Origin: a virus | Taxonomy: Duplodnaviria > Caudoviricetes | DNA length: 64,000 nt | Strand: one strand, 5' to 3' | Virus record (IMG/VR): IMGVR_UViG_3300037067_011362 | Location: 3,281-67,280 of that record | In this document: one piece after another, positions 37,767-47,454 of the stretch | Layout of the letters: every line of letters begins with the position of its first letter | Numbering within the stretch: position 1 is the stretch's first letter | Made by a program: the position numbers and the translations under genes | The notes under the pieces: model-generated | Told to the model about the DNA's origin: nothing | Databases searched by the model: none | What the model saw: only the letters and a program-made list of their open reading frames with translations

Positions 37767-38598
37767 CGTCACTGTTCTCCATTTCCTGAGTGAGCTCCCA
37801 CGGCTTGCCGTAGGACACGTGGTCTGTGCGGCCGTAGTTCGGCCAAGTGTTGGTCTCCAGGCACTTAACCCAAAGCCGCTTCGCTCGCATCCAGCGGGAG
37901 CGCCCGATCTGCATGCGCTCACCTGACAGTTTTGTGATCGTCTGGATGTACGGTGAGGCAATCTCTGTAGAGACGATGCGGTAGTCAGGAAAGTCTCCGA
38001 GACCGCAACGCTCGTATCCCTCAGTATACGCAGCAGCCTGGACGCGGTAGTCGAATTTGAGGATCTTGTCGTCGACCTCCTTCGGGTGAGCCATTCCCTC
38101 ACCAACGAACTTGAGGTCAAGGATGGTGTTGCGACTCACGATCACATGGTCGAGCCTTGCCCGGCATGGGCAATCCTCAGCGGTCCACGCGAGAACCTTC
38201 TCAGATTCTCCAGTTAGATACCACCCAGCCGCAGCGAGTTGCCGAGTGCAGGCGTTTGCGGCTTCGTAAAGCTTGGCAAGATCCCTGGCAAGAACCGGAG
38301 TCTTTCCGGCTTCGTGCGCGTTGTCACGCGCGATCTGAGCGGCCTTGGTTCGGTAGCTGTCGAAGTCCAACTTTACCACATCGTCAAGCGGCTGCCCGAG
38401 CGTGATCGCGTGGGAGATTGTTCCGTCGTCCATCGACTTGGTGGGAACGCGATTCTTCCCGCCGAGTAGTGGATGATTCAACCAAGCGTGGTACTCGGAC
38501 TTGTCGAGCAGGAGCCCAACCAGATTCTGGTGTAGGGCAGGGGGACCGGCGTATCCGTGCCGGTACTCTCCATCTGTGATTCGTAGAAGTTCGTTCAT
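37753..38598 (-). CDS. RecE/exonuclease VIII-like PD-(D/E)xK nuclease (DUF3799-like)
   Basis: CRARLDHV...ILDLKF...YRVQAAAYTEG. Confidence 0.85.
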   Translation of the reverse strand: MNELLRITDGEYRHGYAGPPALHQNLVGLLLDKSEYHAWLNHPLLGGKNRVPTKSMDDGTISHAITLGQPLDDVVKLDFDSYRTKAAQIARDNAHEAGKTPVLARDLAKLYEAANACTRQLAAAGWYLTGESEKVLAWTAEDCPCRARLDHVIVSRNTILDLKFVGEGMAHPKEVDDKILKFDYRVQAAAYTEGYERCGLGDFPDYRIVSTEIASPYIQTITKLSGERMQIGRSRWMRAKRLWVKCLETNTWPNYGRTDHVSYGKPWELTQEMENSDDENL

Positions 38599-39020
38599 CT
38601 TCTCATCTCCTCCGCATCAGTGAAGGCTCCAGCCAGGTTGCCTCAAGCTGAAACCCTCACGGCTGCGGGTCACCGCGTGGTGACTACAGTCGGGACAGAC
38701 GGTGCCCGGCGCGCCGATTAGGTCGGCGAGGCCCCGGTGTTCAGCAGGCCCACCATTGCGCACTGGTGAGTAGCTGCGAAGTCCGGCAACGTCCTAGTGC
38801 TCGATGGCCCCATCGTGGTCGGTGAGCGATCCGCTCGAGTCAACGAGCTGACCGATGATGCCGGCGCGCCACGCGTCGGCACGGGCCGCGTATACCAGCA
38901 GGAGCCGCGCGAGCGTGCGTGCATCGTTGGGAGTGAGCGACGCGCGAACCGTGACGTCGATGTCACCAGCCTCGCTCGTCACAGTGAATTTCGGGGGGAC
39001 CCCGGGGGGCGTCGAGCTTC

Positions 39021-39497
39021 TCACGGTTTCTCCTCCTGCTCGCGGTCGAACCTCTCCCAGCACTTGGCCTTGTTTTCAAAGTGTTTGCAGCCGCTGAATG
39101 ATCCGAATCCAATGCACTCGTCCCAGTCCGGTTTCCGATTATAGTCGGCCGACTGGTACCACCACGCCGGGCACGTGGAGCACCTAATCTCGGTTCCGCG
39201 CGAGAATGGTTTTCCTTCGAGCCACTCGTCGTAAGTTAGTCCACCGAAGTGGTCAATGGGGTAAATCGTCCCCCTGCCGATGGTACCGACGACCATTCCC
39301 GGATTGGTTTGCAGGACACGCAGCACGTTTGCCCGTGGCGTGCGGCGCTCGAATGGCTCGAATTCGTGGATGTAGTGATAGCACCCGGTCCCCTTGCAGT
39401 GGTTGCACACGACAGAAAAACCGTCGTGCTCGGCCATTCCGACATAGAGACCGGTCCCACCGCATCGATCACATATCTCGTCGTGTTCAATTCTCAT
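39021..39497 (-). CDS. DnaJ-type zinc-finger protein
   Basis: CDRCGGTG and CNHCKGTG repeats. Confidence 0.7.
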   Translation of the reverse strand: MRIEHDEICDRCGGTGLYVGMAEHDGFSVVCNHCKGTGCYHYIHEFEPFERRTPRANVLRVLQTNPGMVVGTIGRGTIYPIDHFGGLTYDEWLEGKPFSRGTEIRCSTCPAWWYQSADYNRKPDWDECIGFGSFSGCKHFENKAKCWERFDREQEEKP

Positions 39498-39989
39498 GAC
39501 TTCCTCAATTCCCAAGCCGCGAACAAATCCAACATTAGCTGTGCGTGCTGCATGTGCCCGAGCCTCACGCATACGGTGCGCCCTCCATCCTCGATGGCTT
39601 CAAGCAAGACGGTTCCGTCGTCTCGCTCCACCACGCGTACGTGCTCTCTCCGCCCCTCGGCTACTCGCTGGACGCGTGACTCACGTTCGATCTCGAGACG
39701 GGCCTGGTAAGTTTCACGCTCAGCCATTGGCCACCTCCACCTCGACGCCATTGGTCTCGACGATTCCCTCGCGCTCTGCATAGAGCTCATCGAGGACGAT
39801 CCGAGCGATCCCGGGTCCTAATTTGCCAGCGGCTACCTGTCGGCGCGGTGGGCGGGCTGAGTCTGATTTGACGATGAAAATGACCAGTGCTTGCATGGTG
39901 GCCCTCTGAGCTGTTGACGATCTGTGTGCGTCTTGCGCCACTCTCCGGTCGTGATCCGGTGCCGCCTGCGCGGTGAGTGGCTGCATAGG

Positions 39990-40361
39990 TTACGGGCTGA
40001 ACGCTCCGCACAATTCGCGCGGGTGAAATAGGTCTGTCCTAAATTCGAAGTTGTCTGACAGCCAGGCACATGTGACTGTGCCGTGCTCGCCGTTCTGCTC
40101 GGTCACCACCATCGGGGTTCCGTGTCCGCGCATACGCACACGTTCGCCAACGGTCGGTAGCGTGACGAGTGATGGATCTAGACTGCCGATATCTTCCACC
40201 AGATCCAAACACGTTCCAGGTAGGAACGCGCACTGCTTTACTGCGCTACGATCTAGCCACTCTATACCATAACGATATTCCGGGAACACTCCGCGCATAT
40301 ACGTGACGAGCAAATACCTGGTTGTCCCCTTCATCACTACGAAATCGCCAACATTTATCAT
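39990..40361 (-). CDS. Tandem DUF2158 (YodC-like) domain protein
   Basis: Two repeats: VGDFVVMKG...EW and VGERVRMRGHGTPMVV...CAWL...F. Confidence 0.6.
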   Translation of the reverse strand: MINVGDFVVMKGTTRYLLVTYMRGVFPEYRYGIEWLDRSAVKQCAFLPGTCLDLVEDIGSLDPSLVTLPTVGERVRMRGHGTPMVVTEQNGEHGTVTCAWLSDNFEFRTDLFHPRELCGAFSP

Positions 40362-40387
40362 TATCTGATTTTCCTTTCCCTAGTTTC

Positions 40388-40416
40388 GGTGCAGCGGGTC
40401 GGGTTCGAACCGACGA
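40388..40416 (-). other. tRNA 3' fragment (T-arm plus acceptor 3' strand), att-like
   Basis: Minus strand TC-GTCGG-TTCGAAC-CCGAC-CCGCTGC-A-CC; no matching 5' acceptor strand upstream. Confidence 0.6.
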
Positions 40417-40468
40417 TAGGAGTCGTGTCAGCTTGGAGAGTGCGGGGTGGGGTTATTTTGACGTTTGG

Positions 40469-41019
40469 TTAGGCCACCATGCCGGGAATGGCTCGAAACT
40501 CTGAATCACCGTGCGAAAACCTGACCCCTACGATCGTCACGCGAAATCCGCGCACGGCCGACCGCAGTGTTGTAAACCAAAAACCGAACCCAGTTACTGG
40601 GCACATTGCCCACCAGCCTCCGTGGCTTGGCACAAAAACAATCTCTCCGAACGGGGTCAAAGCTGAGTCGTTGCGTGGCTCTGAATTGAGGTCACGCATG
40701 AGGATGATCTCATTGGGTGTAGCTTCTCTGTCGAGTCGAACCGAAAGAGCCCGACTTCCACGGTTGTATGCTGCTATTCCCATGACACCCCTCAAGCCCC
40801 CGGACCTTGCGGCGCGGGGGCTGTGTGCGGCTGGCTCTCTCAGCCCGGGTACTCTGCCCGGATGAGTGCGGACAGCTGGTAGCGCTGGTCCCGGGTGAGG
40901 CCGTAGGTGGAGTCGAGGGCGGAGACCGCGGCGTACCCGTCGGTGTAGCTGTGTCCCTGGATCTTCTGGCTGAGGAGCTTGACGGTGAGGGCGGAGTTGT
41001 TTGTCTTGGTGGTGGTCAT
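40469..41019 (-). CDS. Two small early genes (40840..41019, 40469..40783)
   Basis: The first has a GGGAG RBS. The two are separated by a GC hairpin at about 40794-40822. Confidence 0.6.
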
Positions 41020-41089
41020 CGTTCTGTTCTCCCTGCTGACAACCAAACCTTGACCCATCCCGTTGCGACCCGCAACAACTTTCTTTCAA

Positions 41090-41335
41090 TCACTCACGCT
41101 TGGCCTTGTTTTTGGCTCGAACTTTTTGACCGCGTGAAATTATGGCGGAAATCCTGCGGCGTAGCGGAACGATAACCAGCAAATCCCGGGGAGATGAGCG
41201 CTTGGCGAGGTAGCGACAGAGACGGGACCTGGACAAGCCAAGCTCCCGGCTCGCGGCCAGCTGGGTGTGAAATTCGCTGACCGCCCTCTCTAGTGCGGAG
41301 TGGTCTTGGTCTGTCCAATGTACTGACGGTGGCAT
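41090..41335 (-). CDS. XRE-type HTH repressor (cI-like position)
   Basis: TQLAASRELGLSRSRLCRYLAKRSSP helix-turn-helix; sits at the strand switch. Confidence 0.65.
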   Translation of the reverse strand: MPPSVHWTDQDHSALERAVSEFHTQLAASRELGLSRSRLCRYLAKRSSPRDLLVIVPLRRRISAIISRGQKVRAKNKAKRE

Positions 41336-41343
41336 GCTCGGGC

Positions 41344-41417
41344 AACCTAGCGCGTCGCGGGAAGGATTGCAAGCTGCAACTTTTCTTGTTGCGCGTCGCA
41401 ATCGAACGCGCTAGGGT
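41344..41417. promoter_or_regulatory. Divergent promoter/operator switch
   Basis: Leftward TTGCAA-N17-TAGGTT, rightward TTGCGC-N17-TAGGGT. TTGC-N5-GCAA operators at 41367-41379 and 41389-41401, and a third at 41063-41075. Confidence 0.7.
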
Positions 41418-41430
41418 CCGCGGACCTATA

Positions 41431-42332
41431 ATGACCTGGAAAATCCTCATCTGGATCGCTGTTGGCATCGGCCTCGCCCAGATTGTCGCAACCGCGATCA
41501 CAGTCTGGCGCACCCACGACAACTGGCGGTCGAAGCCATGACGGGCATGGCCACGGCGCGTGAAGCCTTCGCGGCGCTCACCCAAGAGCGCAAAGCGAAG
41601 CTTCGGCAAGCCATCAAACTAGCCCTTGAGACTTACGGCGCCAGCCCCCTAGGAGCCGTGCTGAGGTCCTGCCAGACCTCGTTGAAACATCAGGGTCGAG
41701 TGCAAAATTGGGTCACTGGCGAAGCCGTCCAGGGGGCGCTCTACGCGCTCACGGTGGACGGTCTCGTGGGATTCGTGGTCGAGGATGGCCTCGACATTTG
41801 GCACTGGCGACAGCGGAGGGGATAGTATGGACTCCCGAGAATTACGCGACACCTTCGCCGCCCTGCTAGCGTGGTGGCTACTCGAGGATTCTGACGGATT
41901 CACCATGTCGGATCTTTGCCTTTGATTCGAACGGAAAATACGATGCCAAATCCCAAGATCAGAACATACCGAATCGGAGACAAATTCGGGCCGTACATTG
42001 TGACCAATGAGTATACCGGGCAGGTCTACGGAACCGTGCTTAATGTGCGGTGTGCGAAATGCGGCGCGGAGCAAACCATCACCCTGCAGTGTCTGTTAGA
42101 TGTCGCAAAACTGACCGCTCGTGGCGAGGATCGTAACTGCAAAATGTGCCGACACGCTAGACCTCACACGTCTAGTCTGTGCCCGAAGTGCTTTGGAATG
42201 CCCCATCGAAGACCCAAGAAAACCCCGTGCGTGTGCGGTGAATCGTTCAAGGTTGATGTGATCGTCTTCGACCCAAGAGCGTCTCGAAACGGATGCGGTC
42301 AGATCGAAGCAGGCGGGACGGTGCACTCGTGA
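41431..42332 (+). CDS. First rightward genes: small membrane protein, 41538..41825, and Zn-finger protein ending at 42332
   Basis: Coupled ORFs; CAKC/CKMC/CPKC/CVC motifs in the last. Confidence 0.55.
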
Positions 42333-42541
42333 CCGACCCTGTAAACCACCCAGAGCACTACACCGGGCACCCCTCTAGAATCGAGTGCATCACCATCGTA
42401 GAGCACATGGGATTCTATCTCGGGAACGTAATCAAGTACGTTTGGCGCGCCGATCTCAAGGGTGGACTCGAGGATCTGAAGAAAGCCAAATGGTACCTGG
42501 AGCGAGAGATCGCTAAGCGAGAAACGGAGCAGAATCCATGA
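42329..42541 (+). CDS. DUF3310 protein
   Basis: DPVNHPEHY...IECI...GFYLGNVIKYVWRA..KGGLEDLKKAKWYL. Confidence 0.93.
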   Translation: MTDPVNHPEHYTGHPSRIECITIVEHMGFYLGNVIKYVWRADLKGGLEDLKKAKWYLEREIAKRETEQNP

Positions 42542-43167
42542 CCACTCTCGAATCCCCCGAGTCTAACCCTGTTTGGTGGCTCGGAACGTACGCAGCCGAT
42601 ACCGCGCGAGTCAAGGCGCGTCTCGCCACGGAGGCGCACAAGCTGGCATCCGTGTCGCTAGGTCACCCGCATTTCTCCGCGGTCCTGTGGCGCAAGGATC
42701 CGGACCAGAGCGAGCATGAGACGAGGCTCGACCCAGAGCAGGCTCCGACGGAACCGCCGCCACCACCTGATGCTGTTGAGATCAATATGCTGGTTGCGGC
42801 CGTCGAGCGCGCCAAGCAGCTGTGTCGGCAATTCGATGATGCCTCGCAGTTCGCCCTCAACCTTGCGCGCGAATGCGTGGAGCTGTCCGACGAGGCCAAG
42901 TGCGAATGGCTCCTCGAACGCGCCGCCCTACTCGAGGAAAACGCGCGGCTTCGAGCCGAGCTCCAGCAGTGGCGCACGGGGCGAGAAACGGATGACTCAG
43001 AGTGCTCGGGCGGTAGTCATAGTGTTTGCACGGACACCCCAGGAATCTTGCCCGCAACGCATCCGTTCTGGACCGATCGTAAACACTGGCCTGTAACGCA
43101 CTACCAGTGCAAGCGAGTTGATCCGGTGAGTGGGAACGAGCCGACGGAGGAGGTGGAGGAACCATGA
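42538..43167 (+). CDS. Hypothetical protein
   Basis: 209 aa coupled ORF. Confidence 0.5.
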   Translation: MTTLESPESNPVWWLGTYAADTARVKARLATEAHKLASVSLGHPHFSAVLWRKDPDQSEHETRLDPEQAPTEPPPPPDAVEINMLVAAVERAKQLCRQFDDASQFALNLARECVELSDEAKCEWLLERAALLEENARLRAELQQWRTGRETDDSECSGGSHSVCTDTPGILPATHPFWTDRKHWPVTHYQCKRVDPVSGNEPTEEVEEP

Positions 43168-43436
43168 ACAAGAAAACGGATCTCACATCAACCGAAGGGC
43201 TACCAACGTCCGATGATTTCCCTGACCGGGCGCGCCGGGTGCGCGATATCGACTTGGGTAGCTGGCTCGGATACTCAGACCCAAGTAACTGCCGGGAGCT
43301 AATCCGTAAGAAGATCAAAGCCGGAAACCGGAACGATTCCGACATTCTCCGCGCTGAGCGGGAGCATGGCCAAGGGGCCAAGAGAGCCGCGACCGCTTCC
43401 GTTTGCACCATGCAAGGGCCAACTCGGATTCTTTGA
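43164..43436 (+). pseudogene. Antirepressor-like N-terminal fragment
   Basis: RVRDIDLGSWLGYSDPSNCRELIR resembles antirepressor N-termini; the ORF ends at 90 aa. Confidence 0.4.
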
Positions 43437-43727
43437 GTGTCCAAAAGAAGCCTCGTGGACGCTTTGTTAAAACCGGGAATACCCTATGACCCACTCCCTC
43501 TGCGCTCTCCTGCACTACCTGGCCGACACAGCGTGGATAGACTCCGTGGGTACGTCCCGCGGATACCGGTTCATTGAGAACCCATACCTCTGTTCAGCCG
43601 TGCCAGAAGGCGTCAAGCACGGATACGTCGAGACGCGAGGAACAGGGCTCGATTCCCTTTGGGTGACTCTGACCCCTAAGGGCTTGGAGCTAGCGCTCGA
43701 ATCCCTCAACGCGATGGAGGCTGCGTC

Positions 43728-44285
43728 GTGAGCAAAAAATCAGGCGCTGGATTCGCGCGCCACAAGAGCGCCCAGGATCTGGGTACCCCTCGAGAGTTCC
43801 TCGATACCGTTGAGGCCCGCTTCGGGATCATAAAAACGGACCTTGCTGCGCACGCTGGAAATCACGTGTGCGCACGCTACTTCGGTCCTGGGTCAGCAAT
43901 CGGAGAGAACTCGCTCGAACAGGATTGGAGCAGGCTCACTGGTAACGCGTGGCTGAATCCAGAGTTTGAGCACATCCCGTTGTGGGCAGAGAAGATCGCT
44001 CGCGAGTGCAAGCACCGTCAGGCGTGGAGCTTCTTCCTGGTTCCTGCGTCGGTTGACTCGAACTGGTTCCAGCAGATCGCCCTACCCAATTCCCACGTGC
44101 TTGAGCTCACCGACCGTATTCAGTTCGTCGGGTCTAGTGACCCATACCCAAAGGGCCTGATCCTGGCGTGCTTCGGTTTCGGGATCGTTGGGCGAACCGC
44201 TTGGCACTGGGACTCGCGCAAAACCAAGGCTTGGGAGCGTACTCCCAAAGCCAAGAAGACTCGTGCCGCGAAAGCGGAGAAGTGA
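43728..44285 (+). CDS. Phage DNA N6-adenine methyltransferase (Dam-like)
   Basis: TPREF..., DLAA, SLEQDW, WLNPEF (motif IV variant), LVPASVDSNWF. Confidence 0.85.
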   Translation: MSKKSGAGFARHKSAQDLGTPREFLDTVEARFGIIKTDLAAHAGNHVCARYFGPGSAIGENSLEQDWSRLTGNAWLNPEFEHIPLWAEKIARECKHRQAWSFFLVPASVDSNWFQQIALPNSHVLELTDRIQFVGSSDPYPKGLILACFGFGIVGRTAWHWDSRKTKAWERTPKAKKTRAAKAEK

Positions 44286-44295
44286 GGGAACTAAC

Positions 44296-45039
44296 GTGCA
44301 ATTCACAGACAACGTTGGAATCAGCGGAAGCAAGCTCGAGTTCGCGGCACTGCTGAAGTTCTGCGGAGAGAAGTCGGGAAAGTTCACGGGAATCTCGATC
44401 AAGCTCGAACGCGGAAAGCTGCTCGCATGGGCCACCAACGGGATCTCGGCCATCTATCACCACGGGCTCACCTTCGACGGATCGGGTAAACCGTCTGACG
44501 CAACCGATGCCTGGCAGATCCCAGCGGACGTACTCGGCACGGTGCTGAAGGCAGCAGGAAATAGCGACGAACTCATCCTGTGCCTAACCAAGAAGCGAGG
44601 ACTGAAGGACGCACTAATCCGCGACATCGAGACCTCAACCGAGCGAGGACGTTTCGATTTGTCCCACACAGCCACCAACGGTGAACTATTCGCGATCGAT
44701 CACATTATCCCGTCTCGACCCGACCGGAACAGCGTCAGTGTCGGGTGCCTAAATGTGGCTACATCACTGCTCGAATTGCTCCGCAAGGTGGCTAAAGCGA
44801 CTGGCTCCGACGCTTGTCGGATCTGGATGCCGGAGAATGGAGCGCAACCGCTCTACGTCGAGGTGGACACCCTAACGGCGCTGTCAGATGAGGAGCAGCC
44901 GCGGTGGGTCGTGGTGCTCATGTCACTGCGCACGGATGATGATTCTTCGCCAGAGGAGGCGGACAGCGAAGAGCAGAAGGAACAACCGAGTCACGAGGTA
45001 TTCGAGACCGACGAGGATTCCGAGGAAGTGGATCCCTGA
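44296..45039 (+). CDS. Sliding-clamp (DnaN)-like domain protein
   Basis: GKLLAWATNGISAI and beta-rich repeats, with an acidic tail. Confidence 0.5.
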   Translation: MQFTDNVGISGSKLEFAALLKFCGEKSGKFTGISIKLERGKLLAWATNGISAIYHHGLTFDGSGKPSDATDAWQIPADVLGTVLKAAGNSDELILCLTKKRGLKDALIRDIETSTERGRFDLSHTATNGELFAIDHIIPSRPDRNSVSVGCLNVATSLLELLRKVAKATGSDACRIWMPENGAQPLYVEVDTLTALSDEEQPRWVVVLMSLRTDDDSSPEEADSEEQKEQPSHEVFETDEDSEEVDP

Positions 45040-45386
45040 TGGCCAAGCCAGGGAGATCGAAGGGGCCCACAGAGACCCAGCTGCAAACGGAGTGCCTAAC
45101 GAAGCTCGAGGCCGCGGGTTTCGTGGCGCATCGGTGCAACTCCGGCATGGCCAAAGGGTTCTTTGGAGGGGTGCTCCATCTCCACCCCAAGGGCACCTTC
45201 GATCTCCTTCTGCTCCACCCTTATGCCTGGATCGAGGTGAAGCGTCCAGACGGGAAGCCTGTGATGGGCAAGCTTTCGGATGAGCAGTTGAGCTTCGCGT
45301 CGTGGCTTTGCCAACACCAGATCCCCAACGCTGTGGTGGACAACGCTGACGATGCAGTCGCGTTCGCCCGGAGCCTTGCGCCATGA
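45039..45386 (+). CDS. VRR-NUC / resolvase-like nuclease
   Basis: ETQLQ...RCNSG...GTFDL...WIEVKRP.GK...LSDEQ. Confidence 0.85.
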   Translation: MAKPGRSKGPTETQLQTECLTKLEAAGFVAHRCNSGMAKGFFGGVLHLHPKGTFDLLLLHPYAWIEVKRPDGKPVMGKLSDEQLSFASWLCQHQIPNAVVDNADDAVAFARSLAP

Positions 45387-45742
45387 ATCTCGCCGCTCTC
45401 TACTGCCGGATCTGCCGAGAATGGGTGCCACCGGCTCTCCCCTCCGAGGAGGCCTACCAGGAGAGTCTGGGGGCCTTCCTCGAGGGAATTGGCGTCCCAC
45501 ACGTGCGGGAGGTGAGGCTGACAGACACCGATCGGGTTGACTTCATGGTGGGAAGCATCGCGATCGAGCTGAAGGTTAAGTGCTCAGCTGCGGACCTGCT
45601 ACGGCAGCTACAGCGATACGCGCAGAGTCAGCAGGTCGAGGAGATCCTGGCCCTGTCGTTCACTCGCAACTGCCTGCGGATGCTTCCCGGAAGTCTCAGC
45701 GGGAAGCCGGTGATGTCCTACTGCTTTGGGAGATCCTTCTGA
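45383..45742 (+). CDS. PD-(D/E)xK nuclease-like protein
   Basis: DRVDFMVGSIAIELKVK...QLQRYA. Confidence 0.7.
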   Translation: MNLAALYCRICREWVPPALPSEEAYQESLGAFLEGIGVPHVREVRLTDTDRVDFMVGSIAIELKVKCSAADLLRQLQRYAQSQQVEEILALSFTRNCLRMLPGSLSGKPVMSYCFGRSF

Positions 45743-47454
45743 TGAAAACGTACGGGGAACTGAAGCTTTCGAAGGACGGCAAGAACTGGCGTATCGAGTG
45801 TGAGCCACACGTGGTGATGCGCCTAAAGCGCGTCTTCCCGCGCGTGTCGCGCAAGCAGCACGGGACGATCTCGATCTCCAACACCATCGAGACGAGCCGA
45901 GAACTCGAGTGGTTCCTACAGCGGTTCCCCATGGTTCTGTCGGACTCCGACCGCGGGCGGCTCACGGGAGAGTCGGCGAAGCACAAGGACCGAGAGACAC
46001 TGGTCTTCGATCTTATCTCAGGCGTGCGGAAGGGAGGAGACTACAAGCTAGCTCTGCAGCCTCGCGAGTATCAGAGGGTAGCTGCGGACGTGGCATTTGC
46101 ACAGGGCGGATTGTTGCTCGCGGACGATCTGGGTCTTGGTAAGACGTGCTCAGGGATCTGTCTGCTGTCGAAGGCTGAGTGTAGGCCCGCCCTGGTGGTG
46201 ACAATGACCCACCTGACTACCCAGTGGGAGCGCGAGATCAGGAAGTTCGCCCCTGGACTCGTCACCCACGTCCTACGGAAGGGAACGCCCTACGACCTGC
46301 GCGCGACGAAGCGACACAAGCCAGGCCAACTTCTTCTCACCCCAGAGACCCCCGACGTTATCATCTGCAACTATCACAAGCTTTCAGGATGGACCTCCAC
46401 ACTGAAGGGCCTCGTGCGAACCGTGATCTACGACGAGGCGCAAGAGCTCCGTAGGGACGAGTCCGCAAAATACGCGGCCGCCAAGGCCATCTCGGCGGAG
46501 GCCGCGTATCGGATGGGACTAACAGCTACCCCGATCTACAACTACGGCGACGAGCTGTTCTCGGTGCTCGAGTGCGTTATCCCTGGAAGGCTCGGGGCGC
46601 GCTCGGAATTTATTGAAGAGTGGTGCAAACAGGCCAACGCCAAATCGTATTCACTGCAAGACCCAAAGGCCTTCGGAACCTACGCCCGCGACGCTGGGAT
46701 CATGCTACAGCGCACCCGCGCAGAGGTTGGGCGCGAACTACCATCCCTCACCAAGATCCCCCACACCGTCGAGACCAACGCGAAAGTCCTCGAGTCGATT
46801 GAGGGCCCCGCTGCGGAGCTGGCTCGGATCATCCTGGCCGAGGGGGAGAGTGAGAGGGGAGCCAAGATGCACGCCTCCGACGAGCTATCTGGGCTCGTGC
46901 GTCAAGCCACTGGGATCGCTAAGGCACCCTACGTGGCTGCCTTCGTCCGGCTACTGGTCGAGAGTGGAGAGCAGGTGGTGCTCTACGGGTGGCACCGCGC
47001 TGTCTACGACTTATGGATGGAGCAGCTCAAGGATCTGTCTCCGGTGCTCTACACCGGGAGTGAGAGCCCGACACAGAAGGATGCGGCAAAGGCGAAGTTC
47101 TTGGCCGGTGACGCGAAGATCCTGGTTATGTCCCTGCGGGCAGGGGCCGGTCTGGATGGCCTCCAGGCGTGTTGCAGCACAGTGGTATTCGGTGAGCTCG
47201 ACTGGTCCCCAGGGGTCCACGAGCAGGACGTTGGACGCGTTCACCGTGACGGCCAGAAGAAACCCGTGTTCGCCTACTTCCTGATCGCCGAGGAGGGATC
47301 GGATCCGATCGTCTCGGACGTGCTCGGGCTCAAGAAGGCGCAGGCGGACGGTGTTATGGATCCTAAGGGCCAGAAGCTCGAAAACCTAGACGTAGGAGGA
47401 ATCAATGTGAAGGCCTTGGCGCACCGGTACGCTGGAAAGGCGGTGGCGGCGTGA
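45742..47454 (+). CDS. SNF2-family helicase
   Basis: LLADDLGLGKT, YDEAQ, LTATP, GAGLDGLQ, QDVGRVHRDGQ. Confidence 0.95.
   Translation: MKTYGELKLSKDGKNWRIECEPHVVMRLKRVFPRVSRKQHGTISISNTIETSRELEWFLQRFPMVLSDSDRGRLTGESAKHKDRETLVFDLISGVRKGGDYKLALQPREYQRVAADVAFAQGGLLLADDLGLGKTCSGICLLSKAECRPALVVTMTHLTTQWEREIRKFAPGLVTHVLRKGTPYDLRATKRHKPGQLLLTPETPDVIICNYHKLSGWTSTLKGLVRTVIYDEAQELRRDESAKYAAAKAISAEAAYRMGLTATPIYNYGDELFSVLECVIPGRLGARSEFIEEWCKQANAKSYSLQDPKAFGTYARDAGIMLQRTRAEVGRELPSLTKIPHTVETNAKVLESIEGPAAELARIILAEGESERGAKMHASDELSGLVRQATGIAKAPYVAAFVRLLVESGEQVVLYGWHRAVYDLWMEQLKDLSPVLYTGSESPTQKDAAKAKFLAGDAKILVMSLRAGAGLDGLQACCSTVVFGELDWSPGVHEQDVGRVHRDGQKKPVFAYFLIAEEGSDPIVSDVLGLKKAQADGVMDPKGQKLENLDVGGINVKALAHRYAGKAVAA

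Noticed and set aside
40388-40470. Complete tRNA gene
   Set aside because: No 5' acceptor strand (GCAGCGG), D-arm or anticodon arm at the expected distance.
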